From NCBI RefSeq assembly GCF_032191835.1, contig NC_083232.1, positions 69,688,001 to 69,752,000 of the forward strand: a DNA stretch of 64,000 bases, in the 5' to 3' direction. The stretch comes from Heteronotia binoei. Lineage: Eukaryota. Each line of letters starts with the position of its first letter. Position 1 is the stretch's first letter. The position numbers and the translations under genes are program-made. Shown in pieces: positions 1-11,992 of the stretch. The notes below the pieces were generated by a model, which was given only the letters and a program-made list of their open reading frames with translations, had not been told where the DNA came from and searched no databases.

Positions 1-189
1 TTGGGCAAAAGCGCTCGGCAGGTTGAGCCTTCTGCTCATCACTCCGCAAAAGTTTCGACGTCCCGCAGCAGTGCGAGCTGCGGCGGGGCAGCGGCCAAGC
101 GCTCCTCCTGGACGGTCTGGTGCGCGCCTCGGAAACAGTTCTTGGCGGGCGTGTGCTGCCGCCGTTGGGGAAGGAGAGGCTGACGCCAT
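1..189 (-). CDS. Putative first coding exon of an unidentified gene running off the left edge (MASASPSPTAAAHARQELFPRRAPDRPGGALGRCPAAARTAAGRRNFCGVMSRRLNLPSAFAQ...)
   Basis: ATG at 189-187 followed by G at +4; frame open for 63 codons to the window edge; lies in a CpG-rich island. It is absent from the ORF track, probably because there is no stop inside the window. No homolog recognised. Confidence 0.4.
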   Translation of the reverse strand, partial: MASASPSPTAAAHARQELFPRRAPDRPGGALGRCPAAARTAAGRRNFCGVMSRRLNLPSAFAQ

Positions 190-430
190 CGGGCTCCGCG
201 CTTGTTCGCAGCCAGCCCAACTTTCAGCCGCGGACTTTTCCAAGCGTGCCGGCTCCAGCCAGGCTTCTGGGGAGGGGGAAGGCCTGCTCACTTGTGGGAG
301 CTCCTGCCACAATAAAAGCCCTCGCCACAATAGCAGCGCTCTCTCTCCCTCTCTCTCCAGCGGGGTCGTGTGGAGTGAACTCACGCTGGATGAAAGCAGG
401 CGCATCCTTGCTCTGAAAGCTCAAAGGTTA
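1..430 (-). promoter_or_regulatory. CpG island / promoter of the left-edge gene
   Basis: High GC and many CpGs compared with the CpG-depleted flanks; tandem GCCACAATA at 306-314 and 324-332. Confidence 0.6.
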
Positions 431-496
431 CATTTTATCATTTATTTATCTTATTCAGAGTCCACCTTTTCCACGGGAACTGAAGATGGCTTACAG

Positions 497-828
497 TGTT
501 GGTGGCCCAACTGCGGCTCGGGAGCCACATCTGGCTCTTTCACACATATTGTGTGGCTCTTGAAGCCCCCACCGCCCTGTTGTCTGGCTTGGAGAAGGCA
601 TTTCTCTCTTTAAATCTCTTCGCCAAGCCAGCTGGCAGCTTGGAGAATGCATTTAAAGTTAAAGTTGTTTTCTTTCCACCTCTCTCCTCCCTCCCTCCCC
701 CAGTCTATTTGCCTTCCTTCCTTTCTTCCTTGCAGCTCTCGAACATCTGACGTTCATGTCTTGCGGCTCTCAGACATCTGACATTGATTCTATGTGGCTC
801 TTCCTTTAAGCAAGTTTAGCCACTCCTG
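497..828. mobile_element. hAT-like MITE, family A (CAGGGGTGGCCAAACT-type TIR), degenerate left end
   Basis: Same internal sequence as the copies at 25037 and 59010; flanks gcttacag / gcttacac. Confidence 0.75.
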
Positions 829-979
829 GCTTACACAGAGTGAGATGGGTCAATGCAACGGACAGGAGGAGACATTCAAAGAACAATGCAAGGGGAACTA
901 GGGTTGTAGAACCAACCAGAAGTCTAAAGACAGAAGTGAAGTCTGTGTGCAGGACTCCTGCATCCATTATGGTGTAGAG

Positions 980-1418
980 CAGAGGTGTCAAAATGATTTG
1001 CTATGAGGGCCGGATCTTGACTTTGTCAGCCCGGGCCATGTGTGTCATAAAATGTAATACCAGGTCAGGGAGCTATAAACTTTATAAAGGACACAGACAC
1101 ACACACACACAGAGCATAATCCACCTCACTGGCTTGCTGAGCCTCAGCCAGCAGAACGACAAGAGGCTTGGACTAGTAACTCTGGTGTGCAATTGAGAGA
1201 GCCTAGCAAAGCTAGCTCTACTTCCCCCACTTCCTCCCTAAGGGAGGAGCTTTGCTCTGTAACTCCTGTGAGATTGAGCGAGCTTGGCAAAGCAAGCTGT
1301 GATGCAGAAGGAAGCATGAAAGGGAGAAGGAAGCAGATGGCAGTGAGTTGCTTGCAGGCCTGATAGGAGCCCTCTGGGGGCCTGATTCGGCCTCCGGGCT
1401 GCATGTTTGACACCCCTG
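980..1418. mobile_element. hAT-like MITE, family B (CAGGGGTGTCAAAC TIR)
   Basis: TIRs cagaggtgtcaaa ... tttgacacccctg; homologous to 42885-43528 in the opposite orientation. Confidence 0.75.
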
Positions 1419-1542
1419 GCGGAGAGGTTAGAGTGCTGGAGTAAGATCTGAGGGAGCCAGGTTGAAATCCCCACCCTGCCAGGGAAGCTTGCTGGGTGAC
1501 CTTGGGCCAGTCACTTAGCCTAGATTACCTTGCAGGATTGAA

Positions 1543-1755
1543 CATATGAAGCTGCCTTATACTGAATCAGACCCTCGGTCCATCAAAGTCAGTATTGTCT
1601 ACTCAGACAGGCAGCGGCTCTCCAGGGTCTCAGGCTGAGGTTTTTCGCACCTATTTGCCTGGACCCTTTTTTTTTTAGTTGGAGATGCCGGGGATTGAAC
1701 CTGGGACCTTCTGCTTCCCAAGCAGATGCTCAGCCACTGAGCCACCGTCCCTCCC
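1543..1755 (-). mobile_element. tRNA-derived SINE (Squam3-like)
   Basis: Reverse complement has a tRNA-like head (GGCTCAGTGG ... GGTTCAATCCCC) plus a body shared with copies at 6020, 7684, 36525 and 46879. Confidence 0.75.
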
Positions 1756-2624
1756 CTTGTTTTGATGTGAGAATAAAATGGAGGGAGGCTGAGCAGCGAA
1801 AGCCACTTTGGGGTATAAAATAAATATTCTTGTTACTACAGAAGAATCTTAGACTATTTCAATGCCTGCTCACGTGCTGCAAAAATTCCTGGTGGCCACC
1901 ACTAGGCCTTTTGATCCAATATACCTTGGGAGTTCCACACTTCCCAGGCACGTGCAGGCCTGGTTCAGATCAGGAGGGAGTGGTTGAAGTCTCTCCTCTT
2001 CCTCATGGCATTCCCTCCCTGAAATGACTCCAGGAGGCACTGTTTGGCCCAAGGGGGAAACTATACCTGCTGATGGCTTAGCACAGAGTCATTTTGAATC
2101 TGACAAAAGATAACCCCTAATGGAAGACTGCTGATCTCTGAGGCTCCAACTGCAACTATCTATACAAGGATTGTAAAAGCTGGAGAGTGGCTAAATATAA
2201 ATTTGAAGGAAATATTTGGTATTCCATTATTGAATTCAAGGCTTTACCTAGTGTGCTGCAGCCTGAAGAAGGCGAATAAAATGGATAGTTACCTAGGCAA
2301 TCCATTGCTGTTGCTGTAACATCAACCCTCTATTGTAACTTTGCAAATGTTGTTAAAATCTGGCATCCAGTGTGTAGTGTTTTTTGTCAATAATATTGAT
2401 AATAAATTGTTTGTTTCAAAATATAGAGTAGCAAGTCAAGACTTGTATCAACAGTTGTTACTTTTATACATCAGTTTCCCTAGCAGGGCTAATGGCACCT
2501 ACCTGGGGGCTTTTCTGGTATGGAAAACAGGACACAGGAGAAGACTATGTCTTCTGCCACCCCCACCATAGTCTTGATCCTAACCAGGACCCCCTGCATC
2601 CTAGAGCTGAGTACCAGCCTGATC

Positions 2625-2800
2625 AAAAGTTCTCACAGCCCTGGATAGCCCAGGAAAGCCCAATCTTGTCAGACCTCAGAATAAGCAGGTCCAACCCTGG
2701 TAAGTACTTAGATGGGCGAGACTTCCTTGGAATACCAGGGCCGGAAGGCAGTGGCAGGATGCATCAAATCACTTATCTGAAAGTCCTCCATGCCCCAGTA
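2625..2800 (+). mobile_element. Degenerate 5S rRNA-derived SINE
   Basis: cccaatcttgtcagacctcagaataagcagg...ggtaagtacttagatggg resembles the 5S rRNA internal promoter region. Confidence 0.55.
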
Positions 2801-3127
2801 GGGATTAGGAAAACTCCTCTGTGTTGGGGGAGGGAGGTGTTAAGCCAAGGAGCTAGATATGACTGGCTTGACGCAGCATAAGGCAGCAACATTCATGATT
2901 TACCATGATTATACCTTCACCCCTGATCATGATGACTATGAGACAAATGGTGAGCTGACCATAGTTGATGGACCTGGAACTAACCACCAACCTCGCTGTC
3001 TGCTCAGGAAAGGTATAATGTTTGTCCTGTGTCCATTTTTGTCTTTTCTAGGCCCTAGGGTGGTTCCAGGTCAGAAGGCAGCTCAAAGCAGAGACTCAAC
3101 TGCAGTCAAATTCAGTGCTATGGCATA

Positions 3128-3415
3128 AAAGGTAGTCCCCTGTGCAAGCACCAGTCGTTTCCGACTCTGGGGTGATGTTGTTTTCACAGTGTTTTTGCAG
3201 CAGACTTTTTACAGAGTGGTTTGCCATTGCCTTCCCCAGTCATCTACATTTCCCCCCCCAGCAAGCTGGGTACTCATTTTACTGACCTTGGAAGGATGGA
3301 AGGCTGAGTCAACCTTGAGCCAGCTACCTGAACCCAGCTTCTGCTGGGATTGAACTCAGGTTGTGAGCAGAGCTTAGGACTGCAGTACTGCAGCTTTACC
3401 ACTCTGCGTCATGGG
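3128..3415 (-). mobile_element. Sauria SINE
   Basis: Full body with RTE/BovB-like tail (ggggactaccttt on the minus strand); perfect 11-bp TSD gctatggcata at 3117-3127 and 3416-3426. Confidence 0.88.
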
Positions 3416-6019
3416 GCTATGGCATAGGGGTCTGTTATTGTGATCTTGTCTAATTGGGAGCCAGCTCATTAATTCCATCATATCTCCTAATGTTCCTTGT
3501 TGCTGTGCAAACATATTATAATAATAACTGCAAACAGAGGCAAATGCAGGTGTCTGATCTGAGATCTCTCTGTGGTTTCTAGTCAGTGTATACTACTGTA
3601 AGCAGCCTAGAAAAGAAGTAAAGCATCCATCCAAGCAAAACATTGAGACTGGCCAGCAGGATTTTGTGAACACACATATTGCTTTGTTTTTTGCCCTGGC
3701 AGAGATCTTTTTCCTCATCTGCACAGCAACAGAAGTTCTAAATGACTGCCATGGTGCATTCTTCCAGCACCATTTCCTGACATGGACCACCACAGAAAGA
3801 TCAGTGGTGACAACTGCCTTGCTTTGTCATGGTGCCAGAGGTGTTTCTCTACTCCCTTGTAACTCACATGAGGCTCACCCAACTCACTTGGCTTCAGCAG
3901 AGACTGCAATCTTGGCTTTAGGCCAATGAATAAGATGGCCCATTCAGCTAGGAACAGTGTGCAATCCAACACAAAGTTGCACTTTTCTCAGCCCATTGGA
4001 GTCAGTAGCCTCAGAAGGATGTAACTGTCTTAAGATGGCACTGTAAGGACCCAAGGCAAAGCCAATTCTAGTCTCCATCACAGATAATAATCGATATATC
4101 AACATGTTCGGAGACCCATTCTCTGCCATTTTCTTCTGTTTGTTGCTGTTGTACAGGGCCAAGATTGCAAGTTCCCTGACCTGAATTGCTTCCCAGAGTT
4201 CTGGATTACTTGGTCTTCCTTCTAAACTGGAATTCACAATGTTCCTTTCCTCCCCATTGAAAATACACATATATGTACATTGATACATTTTGACATCCCC
4301 GCCCAAAAAAGCAAGCTTGATGCACTTATATGTAGCAAGATTCTTTGGGGTGTTTTACCTTGTATATGGAAACAACTGTGTGCATGAGCAAAATGCAAAA
4401 CAAAACCATTCCTTATGGAATCAGACATATGATCACAGCAAAGTTATTCCCTGCCCTGCCCCATGTTTTGTCAGTCAGCATGCAACAGTAACCTGGAAGG
4501 GCAGTCTTTCACATGGAAGTTTCCCCCCATGGTTTGGATAATGAAGGGCAGTGATTTTGCTCCAAGTTTCCTTGCAACATTTTTGTCCATTTATTTTCTT
4601 TCCAAAGGTGGTTTGGGGAGGGGAGGGGAGACTAGGAAACCAGGAAAGACACAAAGGGAACATGCTGTTGTGAGGAAGCTCAGAGAACAACTACTATAGT
4701 TCAGCACCAAAACCACCATAGGGAGGGAAGTAGAACAATGTAAATAAATATAAGGAACTGAAACTTTTACAGAATTCATTCCACAATCATTAAGGAAATT
4801 CTCCTGATCATTCAGAATTCAGGAGAAACAGCATACAGGGGAGAGAGAAACATATGAAATCATGCACAGTCATGCTGAGAAGTGTCACCAGCAGTACACC
4901 AGGTGAACATTCATACAACCACATTACATGAAAACAGTCTTATTCCAGGTAGTCTATGCTAAATGCCATGGCCCTGATTCTCACTGGGCCTTATTCAATA
5001 TACACCTTAAGGGGGGGGGACAACAAATGAGCACACTCAGTTGCCTGGGGAGGGATTTTAGCTGAGCAGAATGGTTTGCTCCTTGGTGTTTTATCTTTGT
5101 TTTGTTTGGGGAGCCTTCTGCTTTGTTTCGTTTCTCTTTTCTTATTCTGAACTATTTCAATTTATATGCAATTTTCTCTCCCAGCAATTCCCGCGGGGAG
5201 AATCAAGCTATGCTGCCTCTGTGAACAGTGATTGACAAGACAGTGATATGCACCGCCTCTCCCAATTCTGCCTATTTGTGCAAAGAGGCATTTAGAATGC
5301 ATTTCTGACATCTGAAGAATGCAGCCTCAGAGACTGATACCAAATGTGAGCCGCAGAGCTCAGGAGAAGGCTAGAAGAATCCCAGGAGGATGTGGCGGAA
5401 CAGGCATCTGCCCACAGTCCTTGCAACCATGCAGCCATCTGTGGTTTGCAAGTCCCACTGCTACCCCCTGGTGGGTGTAATCTTTCCTTAGTTCACTGCC
5501 ACAACTCACTGAATTTGTTACTACCGTCTTAGAGGGTCAGTGAGACCTCTCTGGCTGAATCTCCTTGTTTGGAGGTGAAATCTCCAATCTTTGGGGTGGC
5601 CCTAAAGAGTTGGCAACCCAAAAATCAGGCCTCTCCTTCCTCTACCCAGGGTTCCCCTTTCCTTCTTGGTAACGTGCAGAACAGGGGAGACTGGTCTGAG
5701 CACGACTCCACTAGTAACTCCAAAAGAAACTATAAGTATGGTATTTATTCAAGCTATTTACACTATAAACAGAGAACACATATATTGATTATGTTCAGGA
5801 TGGGAGCACACTCCAAGGGAAAACTTAAACTGGACCAATAGGGCACAAATAAAATAGAAGAAAAATGCAGCCATCTCTCCCTACACACTTCCCTAACTTC
5901 TCTACCTGGGAGGTTGCAGTGCAGGACAGGGTCTCTTCTCCAACAGGCCTTCAGCTCTCCTTCACCTCTCCCTCTCTCTCTCTAGAGAGGGCAGAGAAAC
6001 ATTGCACATCCCACTAAGA

Positions 6020-6212
6020 GAGCAGCTGTGACTCAGTGATAGAACATCTGCTTGGCATGCAGAAGATCCCAGGTTCAATCCCTGGCATCTCCAGTTGAAA
6101 GGACCAGGCAGCAGGTGATGTGAAAGACCTCTGCCTAAGATTCTGGACAGCCACTGACAGTTGGTGTAGACAGTATCACCTTGACAGACCAGTTGTCTGA
6201 TTCAGCAGCTTT
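6020..6212 (+). mobile_element. Squam3-like SINE
   Basis: tRNA-like head gactcagtgatagaacatctgc...ggttcaatccctggc with the shared body. Confidence 0.7.
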
Positions 6213-6446
6213 AGGTGTTCACTGATTCCCAGATATATATTTATATGTACTCCATCAAACAGAGTGAGAAGGGTTATTGGAGAAAGCTCAGAGGACATGA
6301 TAGCAGGATAGACACCAAACTAGTTTTAGTTTCTCCAAGACCCAAACATTTGGGAGCTAGCAAAATACAGGCAGATCCTGAGTCTGAACTCACCTGGCAA
6401 ATTGTTGCTTTTGTTTATTTGCTTGAGTGAGCTCTGTGGATACTAG

Positions 6447-6599
6447 CAGAGGTTTTTTTGAGCAGGAACTCATAGGAACACAGTTCCAGTTGGCTTGGTG
6501 TCAGGGGTGTGGCCTGATATACAAATGAATGATGTCAGGGGGGCACAGCCTAATATTCAAATTAATCTGTGAAGGGCTTTTTCTGCAAAAAAAGCCCTG
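6447..6599. mobile_element. hAT-like MITE, family C (CAGGGCTTTTTT TIR)
   Basis: TIRs present; 8-bp TSD gatactag / gatactat. Confidence 0.78.
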
Positions 6600-7683
6600 G
6601 ATACTATGTATGCCTTCACTAGGAAACAGTGGAGATAATCAGCAGTAGATAATGAGAAGCAGCCCCTTCTCCACACAAGTCCTTATCTTTTTTTTAAGAA
6701 GTTTTTTTTTTTAATGTAGCATGCCTTTATTTTATTTCTTATTTTGACAGGTAAAACGAGTCCTTATCTTAACTGGGCACTGTACATTCAGGAGCTGAGG
6801 AGAACTTACATCTGAGCATCTTGTCTGACACCAGGTGGGAATCCCAGACCAGGCCTGTATTAAGCGCTTACAACCCTAGGTTTAGTACAAAAGAGAATCA
6901 AAAGCCCAGTCCACAGAATTCCAGCCTTTTAAAAAATACAAACGCAAAGACTTCTAGGAGATGTCTCTCCTGCCTTTTTTTTGCTACAGATTTTTTTTAA
7001 AAGTTGATTATCACTGGAAACTGTTCCTGTGAACATCCCAGCCCTGAGGCAGAGCTTGCGTTTGCCAGGATGCAAGCCGGGAATGGAGCCAGCTGGAGAC
7101 ATCTGGTGGTTACTCCACTAAGCTGCTCCCTTTGGTCTGCCTGGAAACCTGTCAGTCACTCTGAGCTTCACGAGGGTGAAAAGGCAGGTGCGAGGCTAAG
7201 TCAGGCAGAAAACCATCTATTCCCTCCTCTCCTTCTGTTCCTGATATGATAAAAAAGCAGGTTCTTGACACCTGTAGGCAGACTTTGGCCCACAAGCAAA
7301 CAAAACCTGCTGTCCTCCTCTCAACAGGGGTGAACAAAAGGCAAAGGATTGAGCCGTGGGTGTGTTTGTTGTTCAGTGGTTTCTTTATTCTCTTCCTTTA
7401 TACAGCACTCCCTGAACCGCAAGGGATGGAAGCTTTAATCAGCCTCATCGTTAGGCTAACGAATGAAAGCCTTCATTGTTTAATCAGAGACAGTCAATTT
7501 TAATCAGTGGAGCTGCAAGTTAAGGAAGACTTTAAGGGGGGGAAAGGTTATTTTAGTCACATTGTGTTACTTGTGGATTCAGCCTTACAAGGGAAAAGAG
7601 AATTAGTAAAATACCTACCATTTCGGGAGAAGGGCAAACAGATGCATGAGATATGCAATGTAATTGAATGAAGTGCTCAGCTA

Positions 7684-7890
7684 AACATGAGGCTGCCTTA
7701 TACTGAATCAATCTGTTGATCCATCAAAATAAGTATTGCCTACTCAGACAGGGAGCAACTCTCCAGGGTCCCAGGCTGAGGTCTTTTACATCACCTCCTG
7801 CCTGGTCCTTTTCATTGGAGATGTCGGGGACTTAACCTGTGACCTTCTGAATGCCAAGCAGATGCTCTACCAGTGAGCCATAGCCCCTCC
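7684..7890 (-). mobile_element. Squam3-like SINE
   Basis: Homologous to 1543-1755. Confidence 0.72.
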
Positions 7891-9446
7891 CAAGAAAATA
7901 CCATCATACTAAATAAATATCCAGTACCTTGCAATGATGGTAAGTTAGAAGGAATACAGTAAGAAGGAATATTCTCAAAAAGTAACATATCGTATGATTT
8001 GTGTCGTATTCCTCTTTGTGAACTTCTGTAACCACACAGATCCCACCACCACCCAGCTTAAACTAGTGACTCTCAGATCTGCTTTACAAACACATCTGCC
8101 TTCCTTCAAACCTGCCTCTTTTCTGAAGCTTTAAGCCAGAGATGGACAGCCTCCAGCATGCATATCAAACAGAGCTTTCCAGAGTATTTTGACTGACCTG
8201 CTGGCCAGTTCTCCACCCAAGCAACCAAGGCAAGTCCTTGGGATACCGGCAACATAGCTGGACTCCCGGTATGTCAGCAAATACAATCCTTCTATTCCTG
8301 TGAATTTTCATGCATGTGTGGTGTTGAGGGGAAACCCATCTATTGAGTTGTTTGGTGCCAAAATGAACCAACTAGGTGACCAGCTCATGGCTGATCCTCA
8401 CAGTCAAATGCAGGCAGTTCAACCACTGAAAAGCTTCACTGTGAAATTCAAGGTATCCTTTGGCTTGCTGCAGTTTCAGCAGTTGCTGGGGCACCTTTGC
8501 AGTAACATGACTCAACAGAAACAGATTCAACTGAAGCATTCTGGGAGAGCTAGGCCTAAATTTAGTCTGGCATACTGTGGCGTTAACCTTTCTTTAGACA
8601 TTCTGAGTCTGTTTTGTCAACAAATATTGCACTGTTGAGCACCTAAGAGTCTATTGCTGTTCTGTTCTTGAAACTGTCCTGATGTTCTTCTACAATATTA
8701 ATTTTGGGACAGCTGGGGTCTGCCTCTTAGTTCTGTCACCCTGTAAAGGGCCATGTGGCTCTTAATTAATACAGCTGAACCCTGATCAAACCTTCGTGTG
8801 GGTATAGCACTAAGCAAACCTGGAAGTTTTAATCTTGTTTTAGAAAGATTCATTACAACTAAAGATGCACTAGACAGATTCCCTACAATAGTGAAATTGA
8901 GGATAATCTCTAATAAAAATGGTCTCCCATCACCTATATAAATGAATGTCACTCTTTCACCTTTGCAGCTTAATACACTGGAATCTTCTTTCCTCCTTAA
9001 ATTTAATCTGCTGTTCTAGAAATTACCCTAACATCTGTGCTGAGGTTATATATTTTCTGAATTAGAGCAGTTTTGCATTTCCCAAATATTCCTTTTGTCC
9101 CTTGTTTATGATTATGACTCAGACAAACATACGGCGGTGGGAGATACGCAGCCACGGTACCTTTCAGAGGTATTTACTCATTCCAATGGCTTAATCCAAC
9201 TGTGCATACTGAAAAGCCTCAAATTGCTTTTCTAACCACAAAACAGCCTTTGCAGAGCTCAAGCTGTGACAATTTAAATGAGTAAGACTTGTTTGAGTGT
9301 CTAATAAATATGAGATTTTAACCGTCTCTCCAAATCGCAGTGCATATTTCTGCTCATGAAATACTTTTGAGAAGACTTTGGGTCTCAGTGAGAATCAGTG
9401 ACTCATTATTTTCTGAGGCTTAATTTTGTTCTCATTGAAGTCAGCT

Positions 9447-9665
9447 CTGGGTTGCTAACTCTGGGTTGAGAAATAACTGGAGATTTTGGAGGCAGATCTT
9501 GGGGAGAGGAGGGGATGGGGAAGGGGAAGGCCTCATTAGAGTATAAGGCCATAGAGTTCACTGCCTAGAGCAGCCATTTTCTCATGGGGAACTGATTTAT
9601 ATAGTCTGGAGATAAGTTGCACTTCTGGGAGAACTTCAGGCCCTGCCAGGAGGTTGGGAACCCTA
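9447..9665. mobile_element. hAT-like MITE, family D (TAGGGTTGCCA TIR)
   Basis: Shared internal motif gcagccattttctc...ggaactgat; ends in ggaacccta. Confidence 0.65.
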
Positions 9666-10409
9666 ATTCTTGCACAGTTTCACTGTGCTGTGATTCAGGG
9701 CTATATATATTACCTTCGGTCAGCAAGATTTGCTGTTTTGAACCAAAGAATACAGGAGGGGCTAGGGCCCAAGACAATTTGGAATAAGAAACATGTTCTA
9801 TGCATTCGAGTACACACTGGTAAATTTTGCCCTGGATCATCCAAGTCGCTGTTGTTGTTTTTGTAAATAGTTTTAGTTAAGCATCAAGCACCTCCGGTTT
9901 TGTGGCTGCTGCTTCCCCCACACAGTGTGTTCCACGTTCAAACATGGCAGAATTTCACAGAAAACGGCTGAAGATAAGAGGTCTACTGGAACATATGATA
10001 ACATTCAACAGCAATTTTGCAGTAGAAGCGAGATTACCTTTGGAGCTGAAATTTTCACCAGGATTCTGCCAATTTCCACCCAACCTTTCATCAATATCAG
10101 GCAGCAGCTGACCACCTTTTGCTATCTGACTTTTGGAAGAGCATTTTTGAAGTGCATAGCGAGACAGCAGCTTACTGTCCCTGGCTGGTGACAACAGCAA
10201 TCGATAGCACAATTCTCCCACTTGGAAAAAGAGTTTGTGATAAAAGAGCATAGAAAGAATGGCTAGATAAGCTTCCACTCCCTTCCACATACACAAAAGT
10301 ACAGCACTTTTCTGCCACAAGACATCTGGAACGGTGCCTAGCAGGGTCTCCTGTATTTTAAAATTAGGCCAGCACAGCCTAAGAAATAAAGGAGGGCTAG
10401 ACTTTGTCT

Positions 10410-10502
10410 CTGGGGAAGGCAATGGCAAACCACCCCGTAAAAAATCTGAAAGCAACGTCATCCCAGAGTCGGAAACGTTGCACAGGGGACTACCTTTATC
10501 TT
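10410..10502 (+). mobile_element. 5'-truncated Sauria SINE
   Basis: 3' part ggggaaggcaatggcaaaccacc...ggggactaccttt; perfect 12-bp TSD tagactttgtct at 10398-10409 and 10503-10514. Confidence 0.85.
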
Positions 10503-10557
10503 TAGACTTTGTCTTGAGAAAGAACAAGCCAGAAAGAAGAGGTCTTGGATGGGTAAT

Positions 10558-10917
10558 TGTTGTGTCCTAGGCTCAAATGGGAGAACTGTTACTTTTGGAG
10601 GGAAGCCGAACAAGCCAGAGCTTGAACTCCACACCAGGGTTCCAGAGAAGGTCTAAGCGTGCCCAATCAGGGGAAGGATTGAAACATAAGTAGCCAATCA
10701 ACATCCAGGCTCATACTGTTCCCTGATAGGCCCTTAGGGCCCTGTAAATAGCCAATCCGTGTAGATAGTTAAGGACCAATCAGAAGGGGGCAAGAATTGT
10801 ATAAAGGAGCGGGAAGTTTGAACAGAGCTCAGTGTATTGTGTGTGTTCCTGAAGTAAAGCTTGCTGAAATCACTCTCCGACTCTGGTCTCTTACTGCGCC
10901 GACCCCAGTACTTTACA
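10558..10917 (+). mobile_element. Solo LTR (360 bp)
   Basis: TG...CA termini (tgttg / ttaca); perfect 5-bp TSD gtaat at 10553-10557 and 10918-10922; four CCAAT boxes, TATAAA at 10800, AGTAAA at 10853. Confidence 0.85.
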
Positions 10918-11992
10918 GTAATCATGCAAAATTGGCTGGAGGAAGTCTGAACAATGGCAACTCAAGGAATTTTGCTGCCACCTTCCTCTGCAACAAAGTT
11001 TGACCACTGAACCTTCCACTTCTGACAAGGAGCTGAGAAACCCTTCTCACTTCTTTGCTGCCCTCAGTTCTTCTAAAAAATATAAAAACCAAAACTGTGT
11101 GGCAAACCTTGTGTGCCCTTATAAGTCTTCCTGAACATTCATGCGATGTATTCATCTTGCAAGAGGTTGGACACCATTTTGGGTGCTCTGGCAGCCACTA
11201 ACCAGAAATGATACCACATTCTCACTAGCAGAAGCAATCTCAGATGCACTCGGGAAGAGAAAGTATGCCTTAAAGAGGCCCAGAGGAGCAATAGGGGGGG
11301 ACCTGACAACCCTAGCCCCCCACCTGGAGGTTGGAAACATTAGGGAGAGAACAGGCAGAATCTTCCCTTGGGAGCAACTCCCTCAGGCCTTGTCTTTTTA
11401 GGGGCCTCATGCTTCAGTGTCAAAGAATTGCTGGGAGGAGATAGACAAGTGCTGCCTGTCCAGGCTGTAGTCAGTCAGCCTGAGCCTGAGCCATGGAAGC
11501 CATGCTTGCAAACGAGGAAGTGAGAGGGGCAAGTGCAACATTGCATCACTGTAAAGCTTTGGGACAGTCATGCCTGCTGATTCTATTGGATTTACATGTA
11601 GACAGAAGGATAGGCAGATTTGTCCCTCTTTGCCCTGTCTGCTGTGCCCTCCCCTCTTTCTTTATCTGCCTTAAAGCCAAACCACAAACAATGTTTATGA
11701 TCCCTGATCCAAAGTGTACCAACCCGGGAAATGTTTAAACTTCTTCCATCCCTGGAGATACTGTTTGCAAAGGCATTTCCTGGAGGTGCCTTCAACAACA
11801 ACAACAATAAAAAAAAAAGCATCCCCAAGGGAAAATATATTTTTAACAAATGTGCAGGGAATAGAGCCCCCCCCCCTCAACACCCTGCAGGCTAATTAAT
11901 GGTCAGCTTCATTGAGCATCTGCAAAATCCACGGTCCAGCAGAGATCCCGTGGGTGACTAAAGACCCCTGGGACAACCTTCCATTTGTCTCA

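Noticed and set aside
23-613. 196-aa plus-strand ORF and overlapping ORFs
   Set aside because: GC-rich CpG island sequence running into a MITE; no recognisable protein.
6020-6090. tRNA gene
   Set aside because: tRNA-like SINE head without a complete cloverleaf; the same applies to the other Squam-like copies.
8165-8638. Faint DIRS-like motifs (IPGVQ, PSIELFG)
   Set aside because: The motifs are on opposite strands and too weak to support a call.
9955-10527. 190-aa minus-strand ORF
   Set aside because: Its start lies in and across a Sauria SINE insertion with TSDs, and no domain was recognised. The unique part (9900-10390) remains unexplained.
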